Source: Eledone cirrhosa
Taxonomy: Eukaryota
Reading direction: 5' to 3'
DNA: 64,000 nt
Assembly: GCA_964016885.1 (NCBI GenBank)
Contig: OZ024759.1
Coordinates: 15,996,001 to 16,060,000 of the forward strand
A model generated the notes under the pieces. That model was not told the DNA's origin. It did not search any database and was given only the letters and a program-made list of their open reading frames with translations. Position numbers and translations under genes: made by a program. Below are positions 1-15,197 of this stretch, one piece after another; the stretch's first letter is position 1, and every line of letters starts with the position of its first letter.

Positions 1-56
1 ACTATTGCTATGTCCCCGCGCATATGCATACACCCATGTATATACACATATCACAC

Positions 57-582
57 CATCATCACTCGTCGACTACTGTTGAGATGATGGATCTCACTCT
101 CATGCCCCAGAATCCCCTGTCCCCCATCGCTGCCCCCAGGTCCTGTCTGCTGATTCCCGTATCCCTAGAGATAACGTCAGGGAATGACAGCTTCCTACTC
201 CTAGTCAGGCTGGAGTCGGGGTTCCAGAGCAAGAGAGCGGATATGATTTCATTGCTGGCACGGTGACAGTGGCCAGCAAATTGAGCTCTCCGGGATTTTA
301 GAAAGGCAGAGGCTCGAGGGAGTTTGCCATAGATTTTAGACAAGGTGGGATGTCGTTTCCAGGATAGGTTTTGCACTCTCATTACACACTTTTGGATGGC
401 CATTGACTCTGCTGATTTCCTCCACCCTTTGCCAGGTCTTGTATTTCATCCCTCAGGCTGTCCAAATATCATCCTCCTCACCACGTTTACTTGGTGAGGC
501 TGCTGGTTTAGACGCCGACGAAACGACCATGAGACAGGTTGTACTGGGTTACATGTTACCAGTAGCACTCGAGAGCGACCTG
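57..582 (-). mobile_element. RTE-X/RTE-type LINE remnant (ORF C-terminus plus probable non-coding 5' piece)
   Basis: Minus ORF 62-403 reads MRVQNLSWKRHPTL..IYGKLP..S..LKSRRAQFAGHCHRA..EIIS.LLLW.P..RKLSFPDVISRDT..L..AM.DR..W, typical of the RTE-X C-terminus. Short (GAT)n tail at about 57-66. Homology stops near 385. Confidence 0.75.
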
Positions 583-726
583 ATATAATATATATATACA
601 TACATACATATATACATACAGGCAGACAGGCAGACAGACAGACAGACAGGCAGGCAGACAGGCAGACAGCAAAGCTGGATGTCACGTACGTCGTTACATA
701 AGTAACTACAATACAACACAATACGC

Positions 727-1398
727 GGGGATTGTTCCAGCTGGTTGGTCGATGGAACAGCCAGCTCCTGAAATTAACATGCAAGTGACTGAGCATTCCA
801 CAGACACGTGTACCGTTAGCCTAGTTCTTAGGTAGATTCAACATCTCACAGCGTGTGTGTGTTTGTCTGTGTTTGTGTGTGTGTGTTTGTCTCCGTGTAT
901 GTGTATATGTGTGTGTGTTTGTTTGACTGTGTATGTGTATGTGTGTGTGTGTTTGTCTGTCTATGTATGTATATGTGTGTGTGTTTGTCTGTTTGTGCGT
1001 GTGTGTGCGTGTGTAATGTGTGTATGTGTGTGTGTGTTTGTCTCTCTGTATATATGCGTTTGTATGTGTGTGTGTGTGAGAGAGAGAGATAGAGATAGAG
1101 AGAGAGAGAGCGAGGGGGGAGAGAGAAGGCTTGCCCTTTGAATTTACAAGTAGAACCCATTTTTGCCAGCTGGGTTCACTGGAACAACGTGAAATAATTA
1201 TTTCTACATTAGGCACAAGGCCAGCAATTACCCAGTGTATTACTGGTACTTTATTTTATCGACCCCGTAAGGATGAAAGGCAAAGTTAACCTCGGAAATA
1301 ATGTTCCTTGCTCAGGGGAACAACCTTTCACCGAGAATCGAACCTAGGTTCTTAAGACCTTGAGCTCAGCACATTAACAATTAAACCATGCAACGTCA
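727..1398 (-). mobile_element. CORE-like tRNA-derived SINE, split by an internal microsatellite and a nested SINE
   Basis: tRNA-like head (rc of gagaatcgaacc, B-box, about 1333-1398), CORE-like ccttgctcagg segment and body gaaattaacatgcaagtgactgagcattccacagacacgtgtacc. Homologous heads at 10935 and 56870. Confidence 0.7.
1196..1295 (-). mobile_element. Meta/MESC-like SINE, 5'-truncated, nested in the CORE-like SINE
   Basis: rc of core GCCTTTCATCCTTACGGGGTCGATAAAATAAAGTACCAGT. Flanked by 8-bp direct repeat GAAATAAT (1191-1198, 1295-1302). Confidence 0.85.
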
Positions 1399-1691
1399 TA
1401 AAAAAAACGTTTACTGAAATCACGAAATATATCAGCCATAATTAAAGTATGGACCATTAATTAACACAATCAATGACTCATTATAAATCAATTAAAAAAC
1501 GCAATTAACGCATTAAAGAGAATGCTGATGTTTCCGACTAAGTTTCATTAGCTGTTATCTAGTACAGCTTGTTCCAACCCACATTAAATAGAATGTCTTG
1601 CTGAAAAATAGAAAGCGCAGCTGTGGATCGATCTGTCGACTTGCAGATTGTGAAACAAGCACCTCAACCACTAAGCCATGCGGCTTCACAT

Positions 1692-1808
1692 ATAATGGTT
1701 TCTACTTTTGGCACAAGGCCAGCAATTATCCCACTACATTACTGGTACTTTATTTTGTCGACCCCATAAGGATGAAAGGCAAAGTTAACCTCGGCGGGAT
1801 TTGAACTA
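1692..1808 (-). mobile_element. Meta/MESC-like SINE, truncated
   Basis: Same core and 3' tail as the other copies; flanked by CORE-SINE head fragments (about 1645-1690, 1820-1885). Confidence 0.85.
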
Positions 1809-2339
1809 TACTGACGCTGATAATCGAACTCATGTTCTTAAGATCGTAAGCCGAATACCATAACAACTAAGCCACCCGCCTTCAAATTCCAGATCTCAGG
1901 ATATCTATGATCAAACCCGTTTCATCCATGACTATCCCATCCTATGTTCAGACAACGTATCTAGAACCGCGTTATTCCAAACATCCTAACAATTTCTTCT
2001 TTGTTTCGCCCCCTTTCACTCTTTTACTTCACATTCTATTCTATTTCTCGCATATATTTTACACAATTTCTTTGACTTTTAACTAATCAGAGACTTATTT
2101 CAGGGGTATTTGGCTTCTAATTACAGCTAGTCAAGCGTATATAAACAGCTTCAGCTGTTTGTTTCCGTTTTGTATTACGGTATGTGAACCTGAAACTCCC
2201 GATGGAATCATAATGGCGTCGTAGTGATATATAACGGGTCTAGGAATTTTCGTTTTTTTTTTTAACTTGGCGGGGACCATCCCCTCTCCAATCCAAGATA
2301 AACAATACCACAAGGAAAGAGAAAACACCCTCAACGCTC

Positions 2340-2560
2340 ACATGATAATATGTTCTTCGCATTGTATAATGAAATCAAACAAGCGTACAGCTAATAATTT
2401 CCAGGCCTGGAAAATTGACATACCGACGCTGTATGGACTTGGTAAAGACCACAAAACAAATAGTGATCCACCAACCAACATGGCCAGTTTGTGGAGCCAA
2501 GAATGCCAGCAACTACAGACTCTCCTGCTTCTTCTCCATAGTCGGTTTCTTCCAGAGAAA
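2340..2560 (+). pseudogene. Penelope-like RT fragment (degenerate)
   Basis: IPTLYGLGKDHK..DPPT, then after a frameshift WPVCGAKNASNYRLS. Resembles the PLE RT motif P.LYGL.K.HK...RP(V/I)C. Confidence 0.55.
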
Positions 2561-2639
2561 GAGGTGGGGGTGATACAGAAGAGGAGAGAAAATGATATAG
2601 AGCAAGAATCGAAATCAGTACTCAACTGGTACATTGGTG

Positions 2640-3027
2640 TTAGTGATGGTGGTGTCTGGTTGTGGTAGTGGGGGGTGGTAGTGGTGTCAGCGATGGTGGC
2701 GGTGGTAGTGGTAGTGGGGTGATAGTGGTGTCAGCGATGGTGGTGGTGGTAGTGGTGTCAACGATGGTGGTGGTGGTAGTGGTGTCAGCGATGGTAGTGG
2801 TGGTGGTAGTGGTGTCAGCGATGGTGGTGGTGGTAGTGGTGTCAGCGATGGTGGTGGTGGTAGTGGTGTCAGCGATGGTGGTGGTGGTAGTGGTGTCAGC
2901 GATGGTGGTGGTGGTAGCGGTGTCAGCGATGGTGGTAGTGGTGTCAGCGATGGTGGTGGTGGTGTCAGCGATGGTAGTGGTGGTGGTAGTGGTGTCAGCG
3001 ATGGTGGTGGTGGTAGTGGTGTCAGCG
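2640..3027. repeat. ~27-bp minisatellite (GTGGTGTCAGCGATGGTGGTGGTGGTA)n
   Basis: About 13 copies of the GTGTCAGCGATG anchor separated by variable (GGT)n. Confidence 0.95.
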
Positions 3028-3327
3028 AGAGCTCCAAAGAATGAGTGAAAATGGTGGCCTTGGCTGCATATGAACTCAGAACACAGAGAACCGAAATGAA
3101 TACCGCAAAGCCATCTATCCGACATTCTCACGATTTTGCCAATTCGTCGCCATATTTTCTTGTAATGTATATTGAATAATTAGACATATACACATTGTAT
3201 GGTTGCACTGAAGTCATCTGTTGCGCATGCCTCAAAAGATGTATATAATTCTACTTTGCTATTATGATGAACGTGTTGTTCTCAAAAGAAATCGTCTGCA
3301 TTACTTGTCAATCTAATTCTAGCGTCC

Positions 3328-4260
<933 letters not shown>

Positions 4261-4733
4261 ATCAAAGAAATGCTTGAATTAAGAATTTGTTCTGTACAAG
4301 GCAAATAGTCTGCTAGCAACGTGATTTGGTTTCGGCTAAGTACTGTAGAAAGTCATTAAGTGAGGATCGTAGGATTATTTCACCGCGTGTGTTTGTGTGT
4401 CTGTGTGTATGTGTGTGTGTATGTGTCAGTGTGTGTATGTGTGTGTGTATGTGTGTGTCTATGTGTGTGTCAGTGTGTGTGTCTGTGTGTGTGTATGTGT
4501 GTGTGTCAGTGTGTGTGTCAGTGCGTGTGTCAGTGTGTCAGTGTGTGTATGTGTGTGTGTATGTGTGTGTGTATGTGCATTCATACATAACAGAATATAT
4601 ATACACACACAACACACTCATATATTTATATATATATATATATATTTGTGTATATATATTTGTATATATTTATATATATTTATATATATATATATTTGTA
4701 TAGATATATAGATATATATTTGTGTATATATAC

Positions 4734-4768
<35 letters not shown>

Positions 4769-4776
4769 CATATATT

Positions 4777-4823
<47 letters not shown>

Positions 4824-4826
<3 letters not shown>

Positions 4827-6128
4827 GAAATAAAATAAAAGGAGGCTGGACTGGTGTAAATCCTTGAAAGGTTTATTATACTATGATCATTTCAAAGACC
4901 GGGTTCCATATGAATCCGGTGATATCATCAGGTATTGGAATATAACAAAGGAATATGGAAAAAACCATGGGTCCGAAAAATCAGAGACAGAGACAGAGAG
5001 GACGACTGACCAACTAGCTTCTCGGCCAGTCGCCCTCAAAGTGTTGGCAACTGAATCTACTAATGAATATCTGGTGAGGGGGCGAAGTCTTATAATGCAC
5101 TACCACCACTCCGTCAAAGAAGAAGGGGAAAAAAGAAAGAAAGGGAGAAAGAAGTGTAGTGTAAGGGTTATACTACATTCATGCTAGAAAATGCCGCGAA
5201 AAAATGCTACCCCAAAGAATCTATAATGGGTGTCTGTATGCTCTAATGTGTGAACCGAAGATTGGAACGTTAAACTTATGTTGCGAGTTATAGGATGAAA
5301 TTAAATTAAATTAAAAATATTAAATTGCAAAATGATAAATTGAAAAATAAGTTATTAGAGAATTAAAGATTAAGGTAGCGAGATTATTTATTTAATGAAC
5401 TTACGAAGAGAGTCTTATATGAAAAAAGTTATCTCGATAAGATATTAGGATGGGATATAGAGTAAAGATTTCGATTGGGAGTCCCAGCCAGCACACCCCC
5501 CACCATGAGTCAGCCAGTCTCGAGTGGTATCGTCCAGCGAAAGAAATGGAAATTAATTTTTCCGAGTACTCTAGGAACGTAGTTACCTTAGGCCCCGGGA
5601 GCGCTAGCGGGAACTCCACAATTTTGACAGGTCATCGTCTATACCAAACGAATACTATTAAATCCCACATGAGGGGTTTATTTACGTGCTAGTGGAGGCA
5701 TGATACAGCTAATAGTTATGCCTAAACCTGGAGTTTGTAGGTACAAGTATAATGTGGCGGTCAAAACAGGCGGCGCAGTGGGACCGGGGCAAAGCAAGTG
5801 CTCCGAGTAATTTCGTTTACCGAAAGAGGAGAAATTTATTTTTCCGTGCACTCAAGGAAGGCTGAACTTTCCGAGTGCCCAGCGCGCAGCCGGGAAAAAG
5901 CCACCACACAAGTCGAAGGTAGCAACCCAATGAAAAGATCAAATAGACCAAAATTATTTTAAAGTTCCAGTTAGTCCGGGTTATAAGTAGTGTGGTTCTT
6001 AGGTGGGTAAAGGGCCATGAAAGGTGCATAATGACCTGAGTGGGGAAAAGTTACAAAAAAATAATAAAAGCAGCATACAAAGATAAAATACCAATATAAA
6101 GATAGAATACATTGATAAAAATACATTA

Positions 6129-6135
<7 letters not shown>
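4824..6135 (-). mobile_element. Unclassified ~1.3-kb element in (TA)n, probably non-autonomous Penelope-like
   Basis: Unique-sequence island between (TA)n arrays. Near its minus-strand 3' end is a degenerate hammerhead CTGATGA-TAT..ATAT-GGAACCCGGTC (4891-4940), followed by AATAAA. Confidence 0.4.
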
Positions 6136-6202
<67 letters not shown>

Positions 6203-6239
6203 AGATAGCTCGAAATATTTATGTGTAACTTTCTGTTTC

Positions 6240-6326
<87 letters not shown>

Positions 6327-6376
6327 GAAAAGTATAGAAAATTGTTGTAGCGAGAAGCTAACAGTATTCCATAACA

Positions 6377-6453
<77 letters not shown>

Positions 6454-6656
6454 CTGGTAATATATACATTGTCCTCGGGTATTATTAAAAGAAAACATTG
6501 TTATTAAGCTTCCTATAATGTATTGTAAGTCTCTAATGGCTTCGGTTATTAAGTAGGATGTGTAGGTCTCCTGGTTCACAGTTCTCTACAGTAGCAGGAA
6601 TGTCATTGAGACCTCTCTGCCTTTTATCTTTCGTCTGACGTAGTTCTGGCTTGCTT

Positions 6657-6702
<46 letters not shown>

Positions 6703-6729
6703 AACCAATAATTGTTTGGTTTGGATATT

Positions 6730-6856
<127 letters not shown>

Positions 6857-6942
6857 ATTATATATATATGCTAAATATATGTGTGTATACATATATATAT
6901 ATACTAAATACATATATATATATACATAGTTATACATATATA

Positions 6943-7012
<70 letters not shown>

Positions 7013-7320
7013 CATATATTTACAGTATATACATACATACACATAGTTATACATATATATACATATATATATATTTATATACTAAATATATATACTAATA
7101 CATATTATATACATATATATATATATATATATATTATATACATATATATATATATATATATATACAAATACATATATATACATATACATTTAAATGGTAA
7201 AAAAAATTTCCATTTATCGTTTCCGGTACACCCGGCCAACTAACTCACTCGATATGCAAATTAGGCTGCTCAGCCGTTAATATGCATAAGGAAAGTATAT
7301 ACTCTCAAACGTTCAATCGA

Positions 7321-7389
7321 CTGACAGGAAGGTATACGGTGCTGATGACAGCTAATAAGCTAGAAACTAGTTCATCGTTCCTGTGTCAG
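7321..7389 (+). ncRNA. Type I hammerhead ribozyme (minimal, Penelope/retrozyme type)
   Basis: Stem I ACGGTG(7336-41)/CATCGT(7373-78) with extensions CAGGA/TCCTG and CTGAC/GTCAG; core CTGATGA 7342-48; stem II AGCT/AGCT with a C.A mismatch at its base; GAAA; palindromic AACTAGTT stem III; predicted cut after GUU 7372. Confidence 0.75.
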
Positions 7390-7716
7390 TGTTGAACAAA
7401 ATCGCAACGATGGTTGCCGAACACTGTACGGCTTAATTCGGGCTGTTTGTTTACAAACAAACCGAGCATTATAATAAATTTTCGGTAAACCCATACGTAC
7501 ATATATATATACATACTACTGTACGTCTGTATACATATATGTGATGTATGTACGTATACATACTCATATACATTTACATAATGACATATATATATATAAG
7601 TACATATATATATATATAATTACATATATATATATATATAATTACATATATATATATATATATAATTACACATATATATATATATATATATAATTACATA
7701 TATATATATATATAAT

Positions 7717-7758
<42 letters not shown>

Positions 7759-8017
7759 TATATATATATATATAATTACATATATATATATAATTACATA
7801 TATATATATATAATTAGATATATACATATATATATATGTATATAATTACATATATATATATAATTACATATATACATATATATATATATATATAATTACA
7901 CATATATATATATATATATATATACATATATATACATATATATACATATATATATACAAATACATATATACAAATACATATATATATACTTATACTTTCA
8001 TATACATATATATACAA

Positions 8018-8084
<67 letters not shown>

Positions 8085-8147
8085 CTTTCATAAACATATA
8101 TATACAAATACATATATATATACATATATACAAATACATATATACAA

Positions 8148-8210
<63 letters not shown>

Positions 8211-8712
8211 CTTTCATATACATATATATACAAATACATATATATAAAATATTTCTCTATGTTTTTTGTCCAAATTACTTCAAAAGAACGTTATAAAGAT
8301 GCTAGAAGGTTTTGTGTGGAAATACGATTATTTTCTCATATCATCTCAGAACGATCGATTTTATGATCAAACATAATCAACTTTGCGTTTAGGTTGAGAA
8401 TTCTAATAGAGACAAAAGACCAGCATACTGGGTGAGGATGGAGTGGCGGCAATCGATTATATTGACTCCAGTACATGACTGGTACATTATTTAATCGACC
8501 TCGGAAAAATGAAAGGGGCTGTTGTTCCAGGTGGGATTGGAACTCCGAGTGTAAAGAGTTGTAAGAAATACTGTTTGTCATTCGTCCAGCGCTCTACCGA
8601 TTCTGCCTCTCCATCACCCTCTATGTGTCGATATTACATAAGCAACTAAGGAGAGCAACAACTGAAAAAATATTACTATATATCTGTATGCATACACAAA
8701 CATATATATATA

Positions 8713-9039
<327 letters not shown>

Positions 9040-9040
<1 letters not shown>

Positions 9041-9508
9041 CCAGGGGTGTAACTAGGAGTTACTGCAGGTTAACCTCATACAACAGCCCATCCCACTAGG
9101 CAACCATAACCACCACCATATCATCACATCCACCCCCACATACTCTACACGCCAAGGCCAACCCACCACCACCACACCACAGCCCATTTCATCCACCGAC
9201 CGTCACCAACATCTCACCATCACACCCACCCCCATATACACTACAGGCCAGTACATCGCCTTCATCCTTCCCACCAATCAAAACAACTCATTTTGTCAAA
9301 CTCTTGAAACTCTGACTTTACCACATAACATGTATTTCATTGTCTTAAAGCATTTTAAGAGGGTCCGTCGAGCTGCCGATTATTGAGTCGGGTAGGATCG
9401 ATATAGATCGAACCTTGAGCTGATCAGTGGCGAAACGCGCGTCACCTATCAATAAATGCAATGAAGGAATAATCAATCGTCCTTGTTATCCTTTCAATAT
9501 TTTAATAT
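9040..9508 (+). mobile_element. Penelope-like pLTR with mutated hammerhead
   Basis: GGGT-CCGTCGA (CTGACGA with 2 changes)-GCTGCCGATTA...TGATCAGTGGC-GAAAC-GCGC-GTC-ACCT (about 9361-9447), then AATAAA. Bounded by (TA)n. Confidence 0.6.
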
Positions 9509-9533
9509 ATATATATATGTGTTTATACGTATA

Positions 9534-9618
<85 letters not shown>

Positions 9619-9640
9619 GTGTGTGTGTGTATGTGTGAAG

Positions 9641-9720
<80 letters not shown>

Positions 9721-9725
9721 GTATA

Positions 9726-9982
<257 letters not shown>

Positions 9983-9989
9983 TATATAT

Positions 9990-10027
<38 letters not shown>

Positions 10028-10220
10028 TTGTTTTGCAAGGTTTTTGCTATGAAATCGTGTGTCGAAATAAATACTGTTATACTTGATTGCCAAATAAATT
10101 AACTATGGAGATATAAAAGAAACAGAAGCGAAAACCAACTCAAACCAAACAGTGAGTGTGTTCTGTTATTATTTCTGGCAATATTATTACAACAATATGA
10201 CCCTCCCCAAGTATAACAAT
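10028..10220 (+). mobile_element. Hammerhead-family PLE-like element, short copy with inverted 3' end
   Basis: Homologous to 11414-11735 and 27935-28350; ends ATGACCCTCCCCAAGTATAACAAT. Confidence 0.65.
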
Positions 10221-10742
10221 ATATATATATAATATATATATAATATACATATATAAGATATATATATATAATATATATATATATAAAATATATATATAAT
10301 ATATATATATATAATATATATATAATATATATATAATATATATATATAACATATATATGTATAATATATATATATGTATAATATATATATATATAATATA
10401 TATATATATATATAATATATATGCATAATATATATAATATATATATATATATATATAATATCTATATATAATATATATATATAATATATATATAATATAT
10501 ATAATATATATATATTATATATATATAATATATATATAATATATATAATATATATATATAATATATATATAATATATATATGCATAATATATATATATAA
10601 TATATATATATAATATATATATATATATAATATATATATAATATATATATATATTTAATATATATGTATAATATATATATAATATATATGTATAATATAT
10701 ATGTATAATATATATATAATATATATATATATAATATATATG

Positions 10743-10780
<38 letters not shown>

Positions 10781-10934
10781 TATAATATATATAATATAAT
10801 ATATATATATAATATATATAATATAATATATATATATAATATATATAATATAATATATATATATACATATATATATATATGCTTATATATGTTTATATAT
10901 ATATACATTTATATATACATATATATATATTATG

Positions 10935-11128
10935 TGAAGGCGCGTGGCTGAGTGTTTAGAGAATTGGATTCACAATCATAAGGTTGTGAGTTCGATGCGT
11001 TATGTCCTTGAGCAAGACACTTTATTATACGTTGCTCCTTCTACCTGTATTTGCGACCGATAGATCGTATTAGCAAATGGAAATTGTTTCCCCGGTCGGA
11101 TTTGACGAAAAGTCAATCGCCTGTCGAT
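10935..11128 (+). mobile_element. CORE-like tRNA-derived SINE
   Basis: Head GAAGGCGCGTGGCTGAGTG (A-box)...GAGTTCGAT (B-box), then GTCCTTGAGCAAGACACTTTATT. Confidence 0.75.
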
Positions 11129-11369
11129 ATATATTATATTTACACATAAATATATATATACATATATCTCCACACACATATATATATACATATATACGAT
11201 ATATTAACAAATGGAAACTATATTTATAAAACCATATTTATTTCATTATACATATTTCAAGGACACCAAGTCAAATTATGGTGCGCTTTCATCAAATTTG
11301 TTGAGTGCTTTATATCAGTTATACAAACATTTGCTTGTTGTATCCCAACAAATTAAATATAACTTCTAC

Positions 11370-11413
<44 letters not shown>

Positions 11414-11416
<3 letters not shown>

Positions 11417-11737
11417 TTTTGCGAGGTTTTTGATATGAAATCGTGTGTCGAAACAAATATTGTTTTACTTGGGGAGGAAACAATAGCACTACTGACGATG
11501 TTGCAGATGTGCAACGAAAGAACTTTGATAAACTATATATATATGTGTTTGTGTCTATATTGTATCTGTATTTTTGACCGTTGGTCAGTCAATGGCAACA
11601 TTGAGGACCGAATAAATTAGATTACCGATATAAAAGACACAGAAGCGAAAAGCGAAAACCAACCAAACAGTGAGTGTGTTCTGTTATTAATTCTGGCAAT
11701 ATTACACAAATATGACCCTCCCCAAGTATAACAACAT
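11414..11737 (+). mobile_element. PLE-like non-coding element with hammerhead and inverted 3' end
   Basis: 11414-11477 is the rc of the family 3' end (cf. 28280-28350). Hammerhead CTGACGA-T-GTTGCA-gatg-TGCAAC-GAAAGAACTT at 11492-11525. Flanked by (TA)n. Confidence 0.7.
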
Positions 11738-12147
11738 ATAAACATATATATACATAAACACACACATATATATATATATATATATACACATATATAGATA
11801 GATAGATATATACCTATACATAGCCACATATATATACACTACACTACCAGAAACAGAACACACCACCACCACCTCCAATAGTGTACTTTTTTTTAAACAC
11901 CAAAACAAATTCTTGATTAATAAACAAATATAAAACAAACATTTTTCAATTATGTAAATAAAATTAATTAAATGTCATTTGTTAATCTGTTAAAAATTTA
12001 AAGTCGTGATTAATTAATCATTAAATGAACTGTACATTCCATTGAAGTATTCCCCCTCTTTCTTTCTTTCTTTTTTCTTCTTTTTCTTTTACTTAGTTTT
12101 TTTATTTATTTCATTGCTTTTTTTCATCCTTTTTTCTTCGTTTCGTT

Positions 12148-12148
12148 C

Positions 12149-12212
<64 letters not shown>

Positions 12213-12270
12213 GGTGGTGGTGGTAGTAGTCGTGGTGGTGTGGTGGTGGTAGTAGTAGTAGTAATAGTAA

Positions 12271-12352
<82 letters not shown>

Positions 12353-12389
12353 GGTGATGGTGGTGGTGGTCGTCGTCGTCGTCGTCGTG

Positions 12390-12469
<80 letters not shown>

Positions 12470-12494
12470 AGTAGCAGTAGTAGATGATGATGAT
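12148..12494. repeat. Compound trinucleotide microsatellite (TAG)n/(GGT)n/(CGT)n/(GAT)n
   Basis: Direct inspection. Confidence 0.95.
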
Positions 12495-13152
12495 GGTATC
12501 TCCATGTTCAGTACAATCCCGGATCTCGTTATGTCCCGCGAGACCATGAATCAGTAGCTGCCAACTTTACTCTCCGAGGTCCAGGACTGAGCAAGGGTCT
12601 TTTCTAAAAGACCAACAAAACCAGCAATAAACCATGTATAAAATTATCCACATTTCTGGGCCACCAGTGTTGTCCAAACTACTTGACCAGCTTGAAACAC
12701 AGGCTCTTCCAATTTTTGTAATTTTGTAGAAGGGGTAATTCCGCCTGGTCAAAATATCCATCTGCCACCAACGTCCACTTTATGGTGGCCTCGGGGTATC
12801 GTCGTTAATAATGCGCAGACACCCTCTACGGTTAATGTACCCACGGAATTACCTTGAGTAACAACAACACCGATAACAATGAAAGCTAAGCCCAGTCAGT
12901 GTCGGGACCTTTCTTACTACATATGTTTCCACAGCTTGTTGTCTACCCGTCCAGCAATGTCAGAGGTGAAGATAAAACGCAAAGGAACCCCTAAAAATAT
13001 ACAAGGTCTCATGTCTAATGTTCTAACAACCGCTCCCTCCAGAGAGGTACTTTATTTGTCTGTATATATGTATATATATATATATGTATATAATATGCAT
13101 GCATATAATATGTATGTATATATATATATATGTATGTATATATATATGTGTG

Positions 13153-13211
<59 letters not shown>

Positions 13212-13266
13212 AAACCTTTATTTGTCTGCCTCTCTGTTTTGTTCCCGTATAAATTTGCACTATATA

Positions 13267-13322
<56 letters not shown>

Positions 13323-13409
13323 CTTGTTGAGTGCTTTTATATCAGTTATAAATATTTACTCGTTGTAACCCAACAAATTAAATAAAACTTTGCATATATA
13401 TAAATATAT

Positions 13410-13463
<54 letters not shown>

Positions 13464-13563
13464 GTATGTATATATATATATATAATGTATATATATATAT
13501 GTATATATATATATATGTATGTATATATATATATATATATGTGTGTATATATATATATGTATC

Positions 13564-13595
<32 letters not shown>

Positions 13596-13617
13596 TATAC
13601 ATATATATATATGTATG

Positions 13618-13668
<51 letters not shown>

Positions 13669-13669
13669 G

Positions 13670-13702
<33 letters not shown>

Positions 13703-13707
13703 GTATG

Positions 13708-13754
<47 letters not shown>

Positions 13755-13809
13755 GTATGTATATATACATATATATGTATGTATATATATATATGTATAT
13801 ATATATATG

Positions 13810-13867
<58 letters not shown>

Positions 13868-13989
13868 ACATGTATGTATGGGTATATATATATATATAAT
13901 ATGTATATATGTATATATATATATATGTGTGTCTGTGTGTGTGTGTGTCTATATTATGTATGTATGTATGTATGTATGTATTTAAAAGG

Positions 13990-14260
13990 TAAACAGAAAT
14001 AACAACACAATCCGGACAGTATATGGAAGGAATATATTAGGTTAGCGCTTGAAATAGCAGGAAGAGGGTCTTAACGTTTCGGAAGCTAGTCTTTGATCAG
14101 AAGAAAGGACGGGCAGTGTGGAATTGGAAAAATATTTTAGATAAAAATAACAGGCCCATTCATGTATGTATATATGGACACATAAATCTTGATGGAGTCG
14201 TAGGATAGTGTATCCAGGTCTGAACACAGCCAATATCTTCCGGAATAGGGGAAAGAGTGG
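13990..14260 (-). mobile_element. Degenerate Penelope-like pLTR with decayed hammerhead
   Basis: Minus strand CTGATCA-AAGACTAGCTTC-CGAAACGTTAAG at about 14066-14106. Confidence 0.45.
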
Positions 14261-14643
14261 GAGAGAGGAAGTGAGAAAGAGATAATGAAAAACAAATCTA
14301 CCCCCAGTAGTGGACAGGTATTTTTTTTTTTTTTATCGACCTCGAAAGGATGAAAGACAAAACTGAGCCCGAAAGGATTTGAAATCAAAAAACGCTGAGA
14401 GCCTTAATGAATACCGAGAAACATTCTATCCGAAATCCGTGCGACTCACTCGATTAGAAAGAAGCCTGTTACTTTATTTATCGATGCCCAAAGGATTGAA
14501 AAATGGTGGCAAATTGTCAGAGTCGTTAAAATGTCGGATAGAGCGTTTCGCAGTATTTGTTTCGGTTCTTTGCCTTTTTTTCCGTTCGAGGTTCATAAAA
14601 ATGTACCAGTCAAATACTGGTGTCGATTCTACCTCTACATCTC

Positions 14644-14711
<68 letters not shown>

Positions 14712-14989
14712 GCACACACACACAGGCGCTCTCTTTCTCTCCCTAACTATCTATCTATCTATCTCTCTCTACGATGGACACATGTGCTGAGCTCGCTCGG
14801 TAAGTTTTTGTTTAAATTCATACGGAAATTGTAAACTGTAAACTTTCATTTTTGTATCATTTTGTAGAGGGACTGCCAGGTCAAATTTTGATCTGGTCGG
14901 TCTCTCAAAATATTCTGCGCCTTTGGGCGAAATAGTATTGTGAACATTTTATCTTTCGAAAAACTTCGAAAAACCCTATTTTGAGAAAA

Positions 14990-15166
14990 ATGGCTGAAGC
15001 ATCCTCACCATCAATCAAAGAAGGAAAGGGGAAGTCATACTCACAGCTTCCCCCTGCCACTGTCACAGCAGCAGATGCCAAAGGCAGAGGTCAGAGAGAG
15101 GAAGAATTGTCTTCACCTGTTGACCGACCACTAGATGTAGCCACAACTACACAAGAATTTGAAAAC

Positions 15167-15197
<31 letters not shown>

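Noticed and set aside
2640-3131. Mucin-like IADTTTTT ORF
   Set aside because: 27-bp minisatellite open in several frames on both strands; no signal peptide or splice support.
12495-13050. Possible RTE remnant or exon
   Set aside because: Only a possible (ATC)n tail and no diagnostic motif; left unassigned.
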